This document shows, in pieces, positions 45,741-55,871 of a stretch of 64,000 nt of DNA. The translations under genes and the position numbers were made by a program. How positions within the stretch are numbered: position 1 is the first letter of the stretch; the number at the start of each line of letters is the position of its first letter. A model generated the notes under the pieces. That model was not told where the DNA came from and did not search any database. It saw nothing but the letters and a program-made list of their open reading frames with translations. Source of the stretch: Acidimicrobiaceae bacterium (GTDB lineage Bacteria > Actinomycetota > Acidimicrobiia > Acidimicrobiales > Ilumatobacteraceae); NCBI GenBank assembly GCA_013204455.1, contig JABMNW010000192.1:2682-66681 (forward strand), written 5' to 3'.

Positions 45741-47102
45741 ATGATCTATGACTCAATTGTTGATCTGATTGGCAATACTCCCCTGCTCCGATTGAACAAA
45801 GTTGCCGCAGGATTGGCAGCCGACGTCGTGGTGAAGGTCGAATATCTAAATCCAGGTGGATCAATAAAGGATCGAATTGCCGTGCGTATGGTGGATGCCG
45901 CCGAGGCGGCTGGATTGCTCGCCCCCGGAGGAACAATCGTCGAGCCAACTAGCGGTAACACGGGCATCGGGCTTGCCCTTGTTGCCCAACAGCGCGGATA
46001 TAAATGTGTCTTTGTCTGCCCCGACAAAGTTTCGCCGGACAAGATCAGTGTCTTGCGCGCTTATGGCGCAGAAGTTCTGACCTGTCCAACTGCGGTCGAC
46101 CCCGAAGATCCAACTTCGTACTACTCGGTTAGTGCCAGGTTGACAAAGGAAATTCCTGGCGCTTGGAAACCCGATCAATACTCAAATCCGAATAATCCAC
46201 TTTCACATTACGAAACTACAGGACCCGAGATTTGGAAGGACACCGACTTTAAAGTCACTCACGTTGTTGCTGGTGTCGGAACAGGTGGCACAATCTCTGG
46301 GATCGGAAAATATTTGAAGGAAGTAAGCAACGGTGCCGTCAAGATCATCGGTGCCGATCCGGAAGGCAGTGTGTATTCGGGTGGCACGGGCAGACCATAT
46401 TTAGTTGAAGGCGTCGGCGAAGATTTTTGGCCGACCGCTTTCGATCCGACGGTCGTGGATGAGATAATCGCAGTCTCTGATGGGAATGCGTTCGCGATGA
46501 CTCGTCGGTTAGCGCAGGAAGAAGGACTTCTTGTTGGAGGTTCATGCGGGTTGGCGGTAGTTGCCGGGCTCGACGTCGCCAAGCGCGCCAAGCAAGGCGA
46601 TCTTGTGGTGATCATTCTGCCCGACGGTGGACGCGGTTATCTTGGCAAAGTTTTTAATGACGACTGGATGCGTAAATATGGATTCCTCGGGCGCGGAGAC
46701 CATGAGACCGTCGGTCGAATACTCTTGCAAAAGACGGGAAAGTTGCCCTCGTTCATTCACGTGCATCCGACCGAAACGATTCGGGAAGCGATCGACATCT
46801 TGAAAGAGTATGAAGTTTCGCAGATGCCCGTTGTTAAGGCCGAGCCACCAGTGATGGTCGGAGAAATTGTTGGTTCGGTCGAAGAGTCGGCGTTGCTTGA
46901 CGCAATTTTTACTGGTAAAGCGGCGTTGTCGGATCAGGTGCACATGCACATGAGCTCTCCCTTCCAGATGATTGGAAGTAAGGAACCAGTCTCGGCGGCG
47001 GTCACGGCGTTTGAAACGGTGAGTGCACTGACGGTGCTTGATGATGGCAAACCAATCGGCGTATTAACCAGGCAAGATCTACTCGGATATGTGGTGTCAT
47101 AA
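45741..47102 (+). CDS. cbs: cystathionine beta-synthase (PLP fold-II domain plus CBS-domain pair)
   Basis: TPLLRLN, GGSIKDR (PLP Lys), GTGGT loop, C-terminal tandem CBS domains. Confidence 0.9.
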   Translation: MIYDSIVDLIGNTPLLRLNKVAAGLAADVVVKVEYLNPGGSIKDRIAVRMVDAAEAAGLLAPGGTIVEPTSGNTGIGLALVAQQRGYKCVFVCPDKVSPDKISVLRAYGAEVLTCPTAVDPEDPTSYYSVSARLTKEIPGAWKPDQYSNPNNPLSHYETTGPEIWKDTDFKVTHVVAGVGTGGTISGIGKYLKEVSNGAVKIIGADPEGSVYSGGTGRPYLVEGVGEDFWPTAFDPTVVDEIIAVSDGNAFAMTRRLAQEEGLLVGGSCGLAVVAGLDVAKRAKQGDLVVIILPDGGRGYLGKVFNDDWMRKYGFLGRGDHETVGRILLQKTGKLPSFIHVHPTETIREAIDILKEYEVSQMPVVKAEPPVMVGEIVGSVEESALLDAIFTGKAALSDQVHMHMSSPFQMIGSKEPVSAAVTAFETVSALTVLDDGKPIGVLTRQDLLGYVVS

Positions 47103-48239
47103 ATGAAATTTGAAACGGCAGCGATTCATGCCGGGCAGGAGGCCGACCCACGCACCGGCGCAGTGGTACCGCCGATTTATCAAGTATCGACCTTTAAGCA
47201 AGATGGTGTTGGGGGTTTGCGCGCTGGCTATGAATATGCCCGCAGTGGTAATCCGACTCGCGATGCATTAGAAGAGTGTCTGGCGGCATTAGAAAATGGA
47301 ACGCGAGCTTTTGCCACGGCTTCGGGATTGGCCGCAGAAGACCTCTTGCTCCGCACTGTTCTGCGTCCAGGCGATCACCTTGTCGTTCCGACTGACGCCT
47401 ATGGCGGGTCATACCGTCTTTTTGCCCGCGTGCTTGAACCATGGGGCGTTAAACATACCGCAGTAGACCAAAGTGATCTCGATGCAGTGCGCGCGGCGAT
47501 AGTGCCAGGTAAAACGAAAGTCATCTGGACCGAGTCGCCAACTAATCCGCTACTTTCAATTTCCGATATCGCCGAGTTAGCAAAGATCGCCCATGCCGTC
47601 GATGCGTTACTCGTCGTCGATAACACATTTGCCTCGCCTTACTTGCAACGTCCATTGGAATTAGGAGCAGACGCTGTCGTGCATTCCACGACAAAATATT
47701 TAGGTGGGCATAGCGATGTGATTGGTGGTGCGATCGTCGTACGCGACGACAAGTTGGCAGAACAAATTGCTTACAACCACAATGCGATGGGACCGATCGC
47801 CGGACCGTTCGACTCGTGGTTGGTGTTGCGAGGTGCCAAGACACTCGCAGTGCGGATGGACCGCCATTGCCAAAACGCTAGAGCGATAGTGGATTTTCTG
47901 GTGGCGCATGATCGCGTTAGCGAAGTTCGTTATCCCGGTTTGGTGACACACCCGGGTCATGAAATTGCCAAACGTCAAATGCGCGACTTCGGCGGGATGG
48001 TCTCGTTTCGTGTCCGCGGCGGAATCGAGGCGGCACTGCAAGTGTGTAAGCGAGTTGAACTCTTCACTCTGGCCGAGTCACTTGGCGGAGTCGAGTCGTT
48101 AATCGAACATCCGGCCAAGATGACCCACGCGTCGGTTGCGGGTAGTGCCCTCGAAGTGCCAGATGATCTGATTCGCCTCTCGGTGGGGCTTGAACATATC
48201 GACGACCTCATCGCTGATTTAGCAAACGCACTTAACTAG
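47103..48239 (+). CDS. cystathionine gamma-lyase/gamma-synthase family PLP enzyme
   Basis: HSTTKYLGGHSD (PLP Lys) block. The ATG directly follows the cbs stop. Confidence 0.9.
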   Translation: MKFETAAIHAGQEADPRTGAVVPPIYQVSTFKQDGVGGLRAGYEYARSGNPTRDALEECLAALENGTRAFATASGLAAEDLLLRTVLRPGDHLVVPTDAYGGSYRLFARVLEPWGVKHTAVDQSDLDAVRAAIVPGKTKVIWTESPTNPLLSISDIAELAKIAHAVDALLVVDNTFASPYLQRPLELGADAVVHSTTKYLGGHSDVIGGAIVVRDDKLAEQIAYNHNAMGPIAGPFDSWLVLRGAKTLAVRMDRHCQNARAIVDFLVAHDRVSEVRYPGLVTHPGHEIAKRQMRDFGGMVSFRVRGGIEAALQVCKRVELFTLAESLGGVESLIEHPAKMTHASVAGSALEVPDDLIRLSVGLEHIDDLIADLANALN

Positions 48240-48261
48240 CTTTTATTTACCAATTGCGTCG

Positions 48262-48996
48262 TTACGATTGGCTGGTCGATCGTCGCATCGGCAGAACAAT
48301 CCGGGTCAGCAGACCACCCAATGAACTCTTCGAAAACTCAAGTCTGCCCGAATGTCGCTGAACGATTGAGGCGATGATACTTAATCCGAGACCGAAGCCT
48401 CCACCGTCTGGCGAACGGGAACGGTCGAACCGTTGGAACTCGGTCGTACTTCGTTGATACATCGATGGTGAAAGCCCCGGACCGGCGTCGTCAACTTCGA
48501 GCACGATCTCGTCGCCCTGTTGCTCGAGAGATACACGCACCTCGACTTCAGACCCCGTGTGCCGCAAAATATTCGACTTAATGTTGGCCACGAGCCGCTC
48601 AAGGTACTCCGCGTTGCCGTTTGCAATTATCGCGGGTTTGACATTGATATTAACTTTCCGATCAGGTTGGTGCATTCCTAGATCAGCAAAATGGTCGATC
48701 ACGATTTGTGAGAGATCTACTTCGCCATCGAGTGTCTGATCAACCTCACCGAGTTCGGCGAGCAACAGCAGATCGTTGATGATCACGTCCATACGTGTGC
48801 TCTCCGATATCAGACGCCGAATCGCTCGCCCGCGTTGTTCGTCAGATAATTCGCGACCACTAAAAAGAATGTCGACATAGCCGCGGACCACCGTAAGCGG
48901 TATGCGCAATTCATGCGAAGCATCTCCAAGAAATTCGCGCATGCGTTGCTCGGAGAGCGATGTTACGGCTACTGCTTGTTGTAATTTGTTGGTCAT
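48262..48996 (-). CDS. histidine kinase core (HisKA + HATPase_c) lacking the sensor/TM/HAMP region
   Basis: H-box DASHELRIPLT and the G-boxes DDAGPGL and GGFGLGLSI. Only 244 aa, and it starts about 30 aa before the H-box. Confidence 0.7.
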   Translation of the reverse strand: MTNKLQQAVAVTSLSEQRMREFLGDASHELRIPLTVVRGYVDILFSGRELSDEQRGRAIRRLISESTRMDVIINDLLLLAELGEVDQTLDGEVDLSQIVIDHFADLGMHQPDRKVNINVKPAIIANGNAEYLERLVANIKSNILRHTGSEVEVRVSLEQQGDEIVLEVDDAGPGLSPSMYQRSTTEFQRFDRSRSPDGGGFGLGLSIIASIVQRHSGRLEFSKSSLGGLLTRIVLPMRRSTSQS

Positions 48997-49104
48997 CGCT
49001 CGACAGGCTTACGAAGTCGCCCGAACTGCCCTTGGTGATTCCCCAGAAAAGCCAGACTTCGGGAAGTAATTCAAGTCTGGGAAAATAATATCCGCCCCCA
49101 GAAG

Positions 49105-49137
49105 CGCCCGTCGCCCGCAAAATGCGGGTGGCGGGCG
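49105..49137. terminator. 14-bp stem hairpin with flanking A- and T-tracts
   Basis: CGCCCGTCGCCCGC-aaaat-GCGGGTGGCGGGCG followed by tttcacttttt on the plus strand. The two G:U pairs on the plus strand become A:C mismatches on the minus strand. It lies 42 nt downstream of the carboxyltransferase stop (minus strand). Confidence 0.55.
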
Positions 49138-49178
49138 TTTCACTTTTTATCGGCTCTAAACAATGTCAGTCGCGCAAC

Positions 49179-50714
49179 TCATCCTGGATGAACTCCATGT
49201 CGCTTCGTCACCACATCCCGATCGACGGGATCAGCATGTGCAAACCGGTTAATTAATTCTCGACGCAACTCTTCAAACGGTACAACTGCATCGATCACCA
49301 ATTCGCTGGCCAAGCGGGATAACTCCACATCCTCTTCGTACTCACGCCGCTTATCGGCAATGAACCTCGCACGCTCGACCGGGTCGCTGATTTCGGCGAT
49401 TCGATTTGCATAGACGGCATTGACCGCGGCTTCGGGCCCCATTACTGCGATCTTGGCAGTGGGGAGCGCCAAGGTTGCGATCGGGTCAAATGCTGGACCA
49501 CACATGGCATAGAGGCCTGCACCGTAGGCTTTGCGCACCACGACGCAAATCTTGGGAACAGTGGCTTCGGTGATCGCCGTGATCATCTTTGCGCCGTGCC
49601 TAATAATGCCTTGACGTTCGACTTGGGTTCCAATCATGAAACCCGGCACATCGGCAAGAAACATAAGCGGAATATTAAATGCATCGCACAACCACACGAA
49701 TCGCGATGCCTTGTCGGCAGAATCAATAAACAACACACCACCCTTGTTGAGCGGATTGTTGGCGATGACGCCAACCGTGTTGCCGTCGAGACGGGCGAAC
49801 CCCGTGATCAGCTCGGTCGCCCAATCTGGCTTGATCTCAAAAAACGAATCACCATCGACGAGTGCGTCGACAAAGTCGTGCATCTCATATCCGGCTGCCT
49901 CGATGTCCGGAAGAATGTCGCGATTTAGATCCCTTGGTGGCGGCATTGACTTATAGCGAGGAGGCGTTTCTCTCCAGTTCAAGGGCATGTAAGAGAAATA
50001 CAATTTGGCTTGCTCGATCGCGTCGGTATCATCGGCGACAAGATTGTCCGCACATCCAGAAATCGACGTGTGCATTTTGGCGCCACCCATTTCTTCGAGC
50101 GTCACATTTTCACCAATTACCTCTTGAGCCATTCGCGGAGATCCGAGATACATCGAGGCATTACCATCGACCATAAACACGACATCACAAAACGACGGAA
50201 TATATGCACCACCTGCGGCAGATGGACCAAAGAGGCAACAAATCTGTGGAACCTTGCCCGACAGTTTTACTTGATTTGAAAAAATCCGACCAGCACCTCG
50301 TCGCCCAGGGAACATCTGAACCTGGTCGGTGATCCGCGCGCCGGCGGAGTCGATTAGCCAAAAGATCGGGAGTTCGTGCCGCAACGCGTATTCGGTAATG
50401 CGAATAATTTTCTCGACGGTTCGAGCACCCCACGAACCTGCCTTGACGGTTGAATCGTTGGCCACGACGCAAACCGGGCGCGAATTAACCCGACCAATTC
50501 CGGTTACAACTCCGTCAGCGGGAAGATCAGTTGCCTGCATGTTGGCAAGTAATCCATCCTCGACAAAACTTCCAGAGTCGAGCAGTAACGCCAGACGGTC
50601 GCGGACAAACATCTGTTTTTTCTGGGCGAGTTTGTCGCGATCTTTTTCAAGATTTCCGCGCAATGCCCTGGCTGTCCAACTAGTTAGCAATGGTTGAGCA
50701 ATGTCATCGTTCAC
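49179..50714 (-). CDS. acyl-CoA carboxylase carboxyltransferase (beta) subunit, methylcrotonyl-CoA carboxylase-like
   Basis: 511-aa two-domain carboxyltransferase (VVANDSTVKAGSWG, AGGAYIP, PKICVVVRKAYGAG). Adjacent to an isovaleryl-CoA-dehydrogenase-like gene. Confidence 0.85.
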   Translation of the reverse strand: MNDDIAQPLLTSWTARALRGNLEKDRDKLAQKKQMFVRDRLALLLDSGSFVEDGLLANMQATDLPADGVVTGIGRVNSRPVCVVANDSTVKAGSWGARTVEKIIRITEYALRHELPIFWLIDSAGARITDQVQMFPGRRGAGRIFSNQVKLSGKVPQICCLFGPSAAGGAYIPSFCDVVFMVDGNASMYLGSPRMAQEVIGENVTLEEMGGAKMHTSISGCADNLVADDTDAIEQAKLYFSYMPLNWRETPPRYKSMPPPRDLNRDILPDIEAAGYEMHDFVDALVDGDSFFEIKPDWATELITGFARLDGNTVGVIANNPLNKGGVLFIDSADKASRFVWLCDAFNIPLMFLADVPGFMIGTQVERQGIIRHGAKMITAITEATVPKICVVVRKAYGAGLYAMCGPAFDPIATLALPTAKIAVMGPEAAVNAVYANRIAEISDPVERARFIADKRREYEEDVELSRLASELVIDAVVPFEELRRELINRFAHADPVDRDVVTKRHGVHPG

Positions 50715-50753
50715 GATGCGAGTTCCTTGAGATAATCGACGTGTGTAAACATA

Positions 50754-51914
50754 TCAACCAACAGGCAAACCGAGATTTCGTGCAATCACAAGTCGTTGGA
50801 TCTCGCTTGTGCCTTCCCCAATCTCAAGAATTTTAGCATCGCGATAAAAACGAGCGACTGGCAAATCTTCTATAAATCCGGATCCTCCGAACACCTGTGT
50901 AGCAAGACGCGTGGCATCCACCGCCGACTCAGTTGAATACAACTTGGCCATCGCCGCTAAGTTTTTGTACGGTTTGTTTTCGTCCTTTAGTCGTGCCGCT
51001 TTGTAGGTTAGGTTCCTTGAATTCTCCACGCTTACAGCAAGGTCGGCAAGGGCGAAAGCGATGCTCTGAAATCTTCCGATTGGCCCTCCGAAAGCGTTTC
51101 TCGTTTTCGCATAGTCGAGGGACAGATCTAGACATGCTTGCGCTAAGCCGAGTGCTAGGGCCGAGATCGCGATGCGACCGCCGTCGAGCATGGTCAGGAA
51201 ATTATGGAAACCCTTCCCCGGCTCGCCAAGCAGATTTTCTTCGGGTATTTCGCAATCGACGAATGTCAGTCCGTGCGTATCACTGGCATGCCAACCGAGC
51301 TTCCTGTATCCCGGCTCGACAACAAGACCAGGAGTTCCGGCGGGCACCAAAAACGCCGATATGTTTCCGTCTTCCGTGCGCGCAGTTGCCGCGATTACGG
51401 AGGTGATCTCGGTTCCAGAGTTGGTGATAAATGATTTAGACCCGTTCAATTTCCAAGTTCGCGACGAAGCCGAATATGTCGCCCGCGTTGCCGTGGCGCC
51501 GGCGTCACTACCGCCGTCGGGTTCTGTAAGCGCGAAGGCACCGAGTGCCCGACCGCTCACTAAATCCGGCAGAAACTGCTGCTTTTGATCCTCCGAGCCG
51601 AAGGTGAAAATCGGATTGATACCAAGACCAACTCCAGCAGAAAGAGTTATGCCGATCGATTGATCAACACGGCCCAACTCTTCGATAGCGATGCATAGTG
51701 AAGTGAAGTCACCACCGCCACCGCCCCATTCCTCTGGAAAGATTAAACCAAACAGTCCTATTTCTCCCATCTTGTGCACCACCTTGATCGGGAATGCACA
51801 ATCTTGGTCCCATTGGGCCGCGAACGGAGCGATTTTCTTTTGCGCAAAGTCGCGAACCACCAAACGGAACTCATCGTGTTCATCTGAGGTCATCGGAATT
51901 CGACTGGTGTTCAC
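50754..51914 (-). CDS. acyl-CoA dehydrogenase (isovaleryl-CoA dehydrogenase-like)
   Basis: ACAD blocks FALTEPDGGSDA and QVFGGSGF, and the C-terminal IGEGTSEIQR. Confidence 0.9.
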   Translation of the reverse strand: MNTSRIPMTSDEHDEFRLVVRDFAQKKIAPFAAQWDQDCAFPIKVVHKMGEIGLFGLIFPEEWGGGGGDFTSLCIAIEELGRVDQSIGITLSAGVGLGINPIFTFGSEDQKQQFLPDLVSGRALGAFALTEPDGGSDAGATATRATYSASSRTWKLNGSKSFITNSGTEITSVIAATARTEDGNISAFLVPAGTPGLVVEPGYRKLGWHASDTHGLTFVDCEIPEENLLGEPGKGFHNFLTMLDGGRIAISALALGLAQACLDLSLDYAKTRNAFGGPIGRFQSIAFALADLAVSVENSRNLTYKAARLKDENKPYKNLAAMAKLYSTESAVDATRLATQVFGGSGFIEDLPVARFYRDAKILEIGEGTSEIQRLVIARNLGLPVG

Positions 51915-52389
51915 AGTGCCTCCTCCCGCACGCTACTCCACGTTAGAAATCAGGACTGTATCGCGCGATTAATCAAATCGTTTGTCCACCCGACAGCCTC
52001 TTCGACCGTGTGCAAAACGGGAAGACCTTCTGCGGCGTTTTGGTACAACTCAGGCCTGCTTGGCCAAATTTTCATCTGCGGAACGTTGGGGTCTTGGTTT
52101 GAACCGACTTCATCACGGTCGGCCTGTCACAACAGGCTGCGCTCGACGCCGGTATTGACGTTGCGATTGGTCATACTCTTGTTCCATCAACGTGATAATG
52201 CGTTACCATCAAATTCCCGACCACGAACAGAAGGACGAACCTCGATGAACACCGCAGAGATCGATGTAAACGGATATCTCGCGACCAAATCCATGATTCG
52301 ATCCAAAAGTTGACGCCCGCACCGCTTCAACGACCCAGCTCACGCGCCGGAACAAGTATTTGCCAGGCACCACTATTGTGGTACGGAAG

Positions 52390-55300
52390 ATGAAGCGCCA
52401 GTCTTATCTTGATGCGATCAACGAAAGAGTCATCGTATTCGACGGCGCGTTCGGCACATATATTCAAGATCTCAACCTAAGTGCCGACGACTTCGGAGGG
52501 CCAAGTCTTGAAGGGTGTAACGAGATGCTGTGTATCACCCGACCAGATGTCATCCGTTCGATGCACGAAGCTTTTTTGACCGTCGGCGTCGATGTTCTAG
52601 AAACGGCGAGTTTCGGGTCGTTTTCAACGGTGCTTAAGGAATACGACATCCCCGAGCGCACCCTTGATCTGAATATTGCCGCTGGCAACCTCGCCCGTGA
52701 AGTTGCCAGCGGATTCGAAGCAGACGGACGAACTCGATTCGTCGCCGGATCCATCGGACCGGGAACGAAGTTGCCGAGCCTCGGGCACATCCGCTTTGGC
52801 GATCTGCGCGATGCGTACGCCGAACAGGCCCAAGGTTTGCTGCGGGGCGGAGTTGATCTGTTCCTAATTGAAACATGCATGGATCTGTTGCAAGTCAAGG
52901 CGGCGATGCAAGCATGTCGTCGGGCGATGCACAGCGAGGGACGCGAAGTTCCAATCCAAGTGCAAGTGACAATGGAAACCACCGGACGGATGCTCGTCGG
53001 CACAGAAATCGGCGCGGTTCTTATCGCGTTACATGCGATGAAACCAAATGTCATCGGAATCAACTGTGCGACCGGGCCGGCCGAGATGCAGGAACACCTT
53101 CGTCACCTCTCACACCACTCGCCGATCCCAATCAGTGTGATCCCCAACGCGGGGATGCCAAGCATCGTCGACGGAAAAACGCATTACGACTTGACTCCAG
53201 CACAACTTGCCGAGTTCCATCGGCACCACGTCACAGATCTTGGCATTTCAATCGTCGGCGGGTGTTGTGGCACAACGCCGGAACATCTCCGACAGGTTGT
53301 AGCGGCGGTGGCTAATCTCACTCCCGCTCGACGCAAACCAGAACTTGAACCCAGCGTTACCTCGCTGTACTCGGCGGTGCCCATCGTGCAGGACAATTCA
53401 TTCCTGATTATCGGCGAACGCACAAATACAAACGGGTCGCGCGCGTTTCGCGACGCAATGCTCGCTGGCGACTGGGACGCATGTAGCAAGATGGGCACAG
53501 ATCAGGTGCGCGAAGGTGCTCATGTGATCGATGTCTGTGTTGACTATGTCGGTCGCGACGGCACGGCCGACATGGACGAAATAGCAAAGCGCTTCGCCAC
53601 CCAAGTGAGCATTCCCTTGGTACTCGACAGCACCGAACCACAAGTGATGGAGGCCGCGCTGCAGCATGTCGGCGGTCGCGCCATTTTGAACTCGGCCAAC
53701 CTCGAAGATGGAGAAGCTCTAGGTAGCCGTCTCGACCGAGTGTTTGGTTTGGCGCGGGACTACGGCGCGGCTGTGATCTGCTTGCTGATCGATGAACGGG
53801 GTCAGGCCAGAGATGTGGATTGGAAGGTTGAGGTGGCGCATCGCATTCACGACATCGCAACCCAGCGTTATGGTCTGACGGCTAACGATCTGATCTTCGA
53901 CGCGCTCACTTTCCCGCTGACCACTGGCGGCGAGGATCTGCGCAAAGATGCGATGCACACACTCAACGCGATCAAGCGCATCAAGGATGAAATTCCTGGC
54001 TGCTTTACGACGCTCGGACTATCCAACGTGTCCTTCGGCATCAAACCCGCGGCACGCCAAGTGCTCAATAGTGTGTTTCTCGCCGAGGCCGTCGCCCACG
54101 GATTGGATTCGGCAATCGTGCACGCAAGCAAACTCTTGCCATTGGCAAAGATCTCAACTGAACATAAGAAAATTTGCGATGATCTAATCTACGACAGGCG
54201 TTCCCCTGGCTACGACCCACTGCATGTTTTACTCGAGACTTTCGCCGATGTGAAGAGTGTCGTCGCCGAAAAGGAGGACCGAAGCGATTGGCCGATCACC
54301 GAGGTGCTCAAGCGGCGGATCATCGATGGTGACAGAGAAGGTATAACCGAAGACCTTGACCGAGCCAGAGCCCAGGACATGACGGCACTCCAGATCGTCA
54401 ACGATGTGTTGCTTGGCGGGATGCAGGTGGTTGGCGAACTGTTCGGTTCTGGCCAGATGCAGTTGCCCTTCGTGCTTCAGAGCGCCGAGACGATGAAGAT
54501 GGCCGTTTCCTATCTCGAACAGTTTATGGATAAATCGGAGGCCGGATCGTCCAAGGGGAAACTCGTGATTGCCACGGTGAAGGGCGACGTACACGACATC
54601 GGCAAGAACTTGGTCGACATCATTTGTACCAATAATGGGTACGACGTGTACAACATCGGCATCAAGGTCTCGATCAGTGAGATGATCGCCAAAGTAAAGG
54701 AAGTGAACGCCGATGTACTCGGCATGAGCGGGCTACTCGTCAAGAGCACTTTGGTTATGCGCGACAACCTAGAGGAACTCAACACTCTTGAATTGAGCGA
54801 CCTACCCGTGATCCTTGGCGGTGCTGCGCTCACGCGCAGTTACGTCGAGCGGGATCTGCGAAAGTTGTACAAGGGTCGACTGTTCTACGGCCGTGACGCG
54901 TTTGAGGGTCTGAATACCCTCGAAAAACTGATGAAGATGAAGCGCACTGGCGAAAACGATCCAGATTTTGGTCGGGTGCCGACGGGTCGCGTACTTCCGC
55001 CGAGAAGTGCAAAATCTCTCACACCCGCCGCTGAACTTCCACGTCGCTCCCCTGAAGCGGTAATCGACAATCATGTATTTGTTCCCCCCTTCATCGGTAG
55101 CAAGGTCGTAAAAGGCATCGGACTCGATGAGATCGCCGAATACATCAATGAAACCGCTCTATTCCGTAATCAGTGGCAATATCGCCCAGAGAAAGGTGAA
55201 ACGGACGAACAGTTCAAGGATCGAATTAGACCCCAGTTGCGCGAACAACTAGGCCTGGCCAAAGCCAGCGGCGTGCTCATACCTCAGGTGGTATATGGAT

Positions 55301-55869
55301 ACTTTCCCGCCAATGCGGATGGCAACGACCTCATCGTTTGGACAGACGAAACAGCAACAGTCGAGCGCATCCGATTCTCCTATCCGCGCCAAAACGAAGC
55401 ACCCTACCTGTGCATCGCAGATTTCTTCCGTCCGGTTGAGAGCAAACAAATCGACTATGCCGCATTCCACATCGTGACAATGGGTGCTGCGGTAAGTGAA
55501 GCGGCGGCGAAACTGTTCGCCAACAACGAGTACCAGAAATACCTCGTACTGCACGGCATTGGCGTGGAAATGGCCGAAGCACTTGCCGAATATTGGCACC
55601 ACCGCATCCGCAGTGAATGGGGCTTCGCACAAGAGGACGGCCCAAGCCTGCACGGTCTATTCCGTCAGCAGTATCGCGGTGGTCGCTACTCATGGGGATA
55701 CCCTGCATGCCCAGATCTTGAGGACAACTCGCGGGTTGCCGAGTTGCTCGAAGCTGGACGACTTGGCATCGTGGTCAGCGAAGAAACCGGCTGGCAGTAT
55801 CACCCCGAACAAACGACTTCGGCAATCATCTGCCATCACCCCCGCGCAAAATACTTCGTCGCGCGCTAA
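52390..55869 (+). CDS. metH: cobalamin-dependent methionine synthase
   Basis: About 1160 aa with Hcy-binding (GGCCGTTP), pterin-binding, B12-binding (DVHDIGKN) and AdoMet-activation modules. ATG 52390 is preferred over TTG 52360. Confidence 0.9.
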   Translation: MKRQSYLDAINERVIVFDGAFGTYIQDLNLSADDFGGPSLEGCNEMLCITRPDVIRSMHEAFLTVGVDVLETASFGSFSTVLKEYDIPERTLDLNIAAGNLAREVASGFEADGRTRFVAGSIGPGTKLPSLGHIRFGDLRDAYAEQAQGLLRGGVDLFLIETCMDLLQVKAAMQACRRAMHSEGREVPIQVQVTMETTGRMLVGTEIGAVLIALHAMKPNVIGINCATGPAEMQEHLRHLSHHSPIPISVIPNAGMPSIVDGKTHYDLTPAQLAEFHRHHVTDLGISIVGGCCGTTPEHLRQVVAAVANLTPARRKPELEPSVTSLYSAVPIVQDNSFLIIGERTNTNGSRAFRDAMLAGDWDACSKMGTDQVREGAHVIDVCVDYVGRDGTADMDEIAKRFATQVSIPLVLDSTEPQVMEAALQHVGGRAILNSANLEDGEALGSRLDRVFGLARDYGAAVICLLIDERGQARDVDWKVEVAHRIHDIATQRYGLTANDLIFDALTFPLTTGGEDLRKDAMHTLNAIKRIKDEIPGCFTTLGLSNVSFGIKPAARQVLNSVFLAEAVAHGLDSAIVHASKLLPLAKISTEHKKICDDLIYDRRSPGYDPLHVLLETFADVKSVVAEKEDRSDWPITEVLKRRIIDGDREGITEDLDRARAQDMTALQIVNDVLLGGMQVVGELFGSGQMQLPFVLQSAETMKMAVSYLEQFMDKSEAGSSKGKLVIATVKGDVHDIGKNLVDIICTNNGYDVYNIGIKVSISEMIAKVKEVNADVLGMSGLLVKSTLVMRDNLEELNTLELSDLPVILGGAALTRSYVERDLRKLYKGRLFYGRDAFEGLNTLEKLMKMKRTGENDPDFGRVPTGRVLPPRSAKSLTPAAELPRRSPEAVIDNHVFVPPFIGSKVVKGIGLDEIAEYINETALFRNQWQYRPEKGETDEQFKDRIRPQLREQLGLAKASGVLIPQVVYGYFPANADGNDLIVWTDETATVERIRFSYPRQNEAPYLCIADFFRPVESKQIDYAAFHIVTMGAAVSEAAAKLFANNEYQKYLVLHGIGVEMAEALAEYWHHRIRSEWGFAQEDGPSLHGLFRQQYRGGRYSWGYPACPDLEDNSRVAELLEAGRLGIVVSEETGWQYHPEQTTSAIICHHPRAKYFVAR

Positions 55870-55871
55870 TC

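Noticed and set aside
52127-52342. In-frame TGA codons in the minus-strand frame upstream of the ACAD gene as selenocysteine or programmed read-through sites.
   Set aside because: There is no recognisable selenoprotein family, no SECIS-like hairpin immediately downstream, and no selenocysteine machinery in the window. Decay or chance is more parsimonious.
52190-52389. A cobalamin, SAM-IV or SAH riboswitch in the metH leader.
   Set aside because: I could not find the B12-box-like core, the SAH GAGGAGCGCUGC / AACGGCGCUCAC elements, or a SAM-IV-like fold by eye. A covariance-model scan is needed before any claim.
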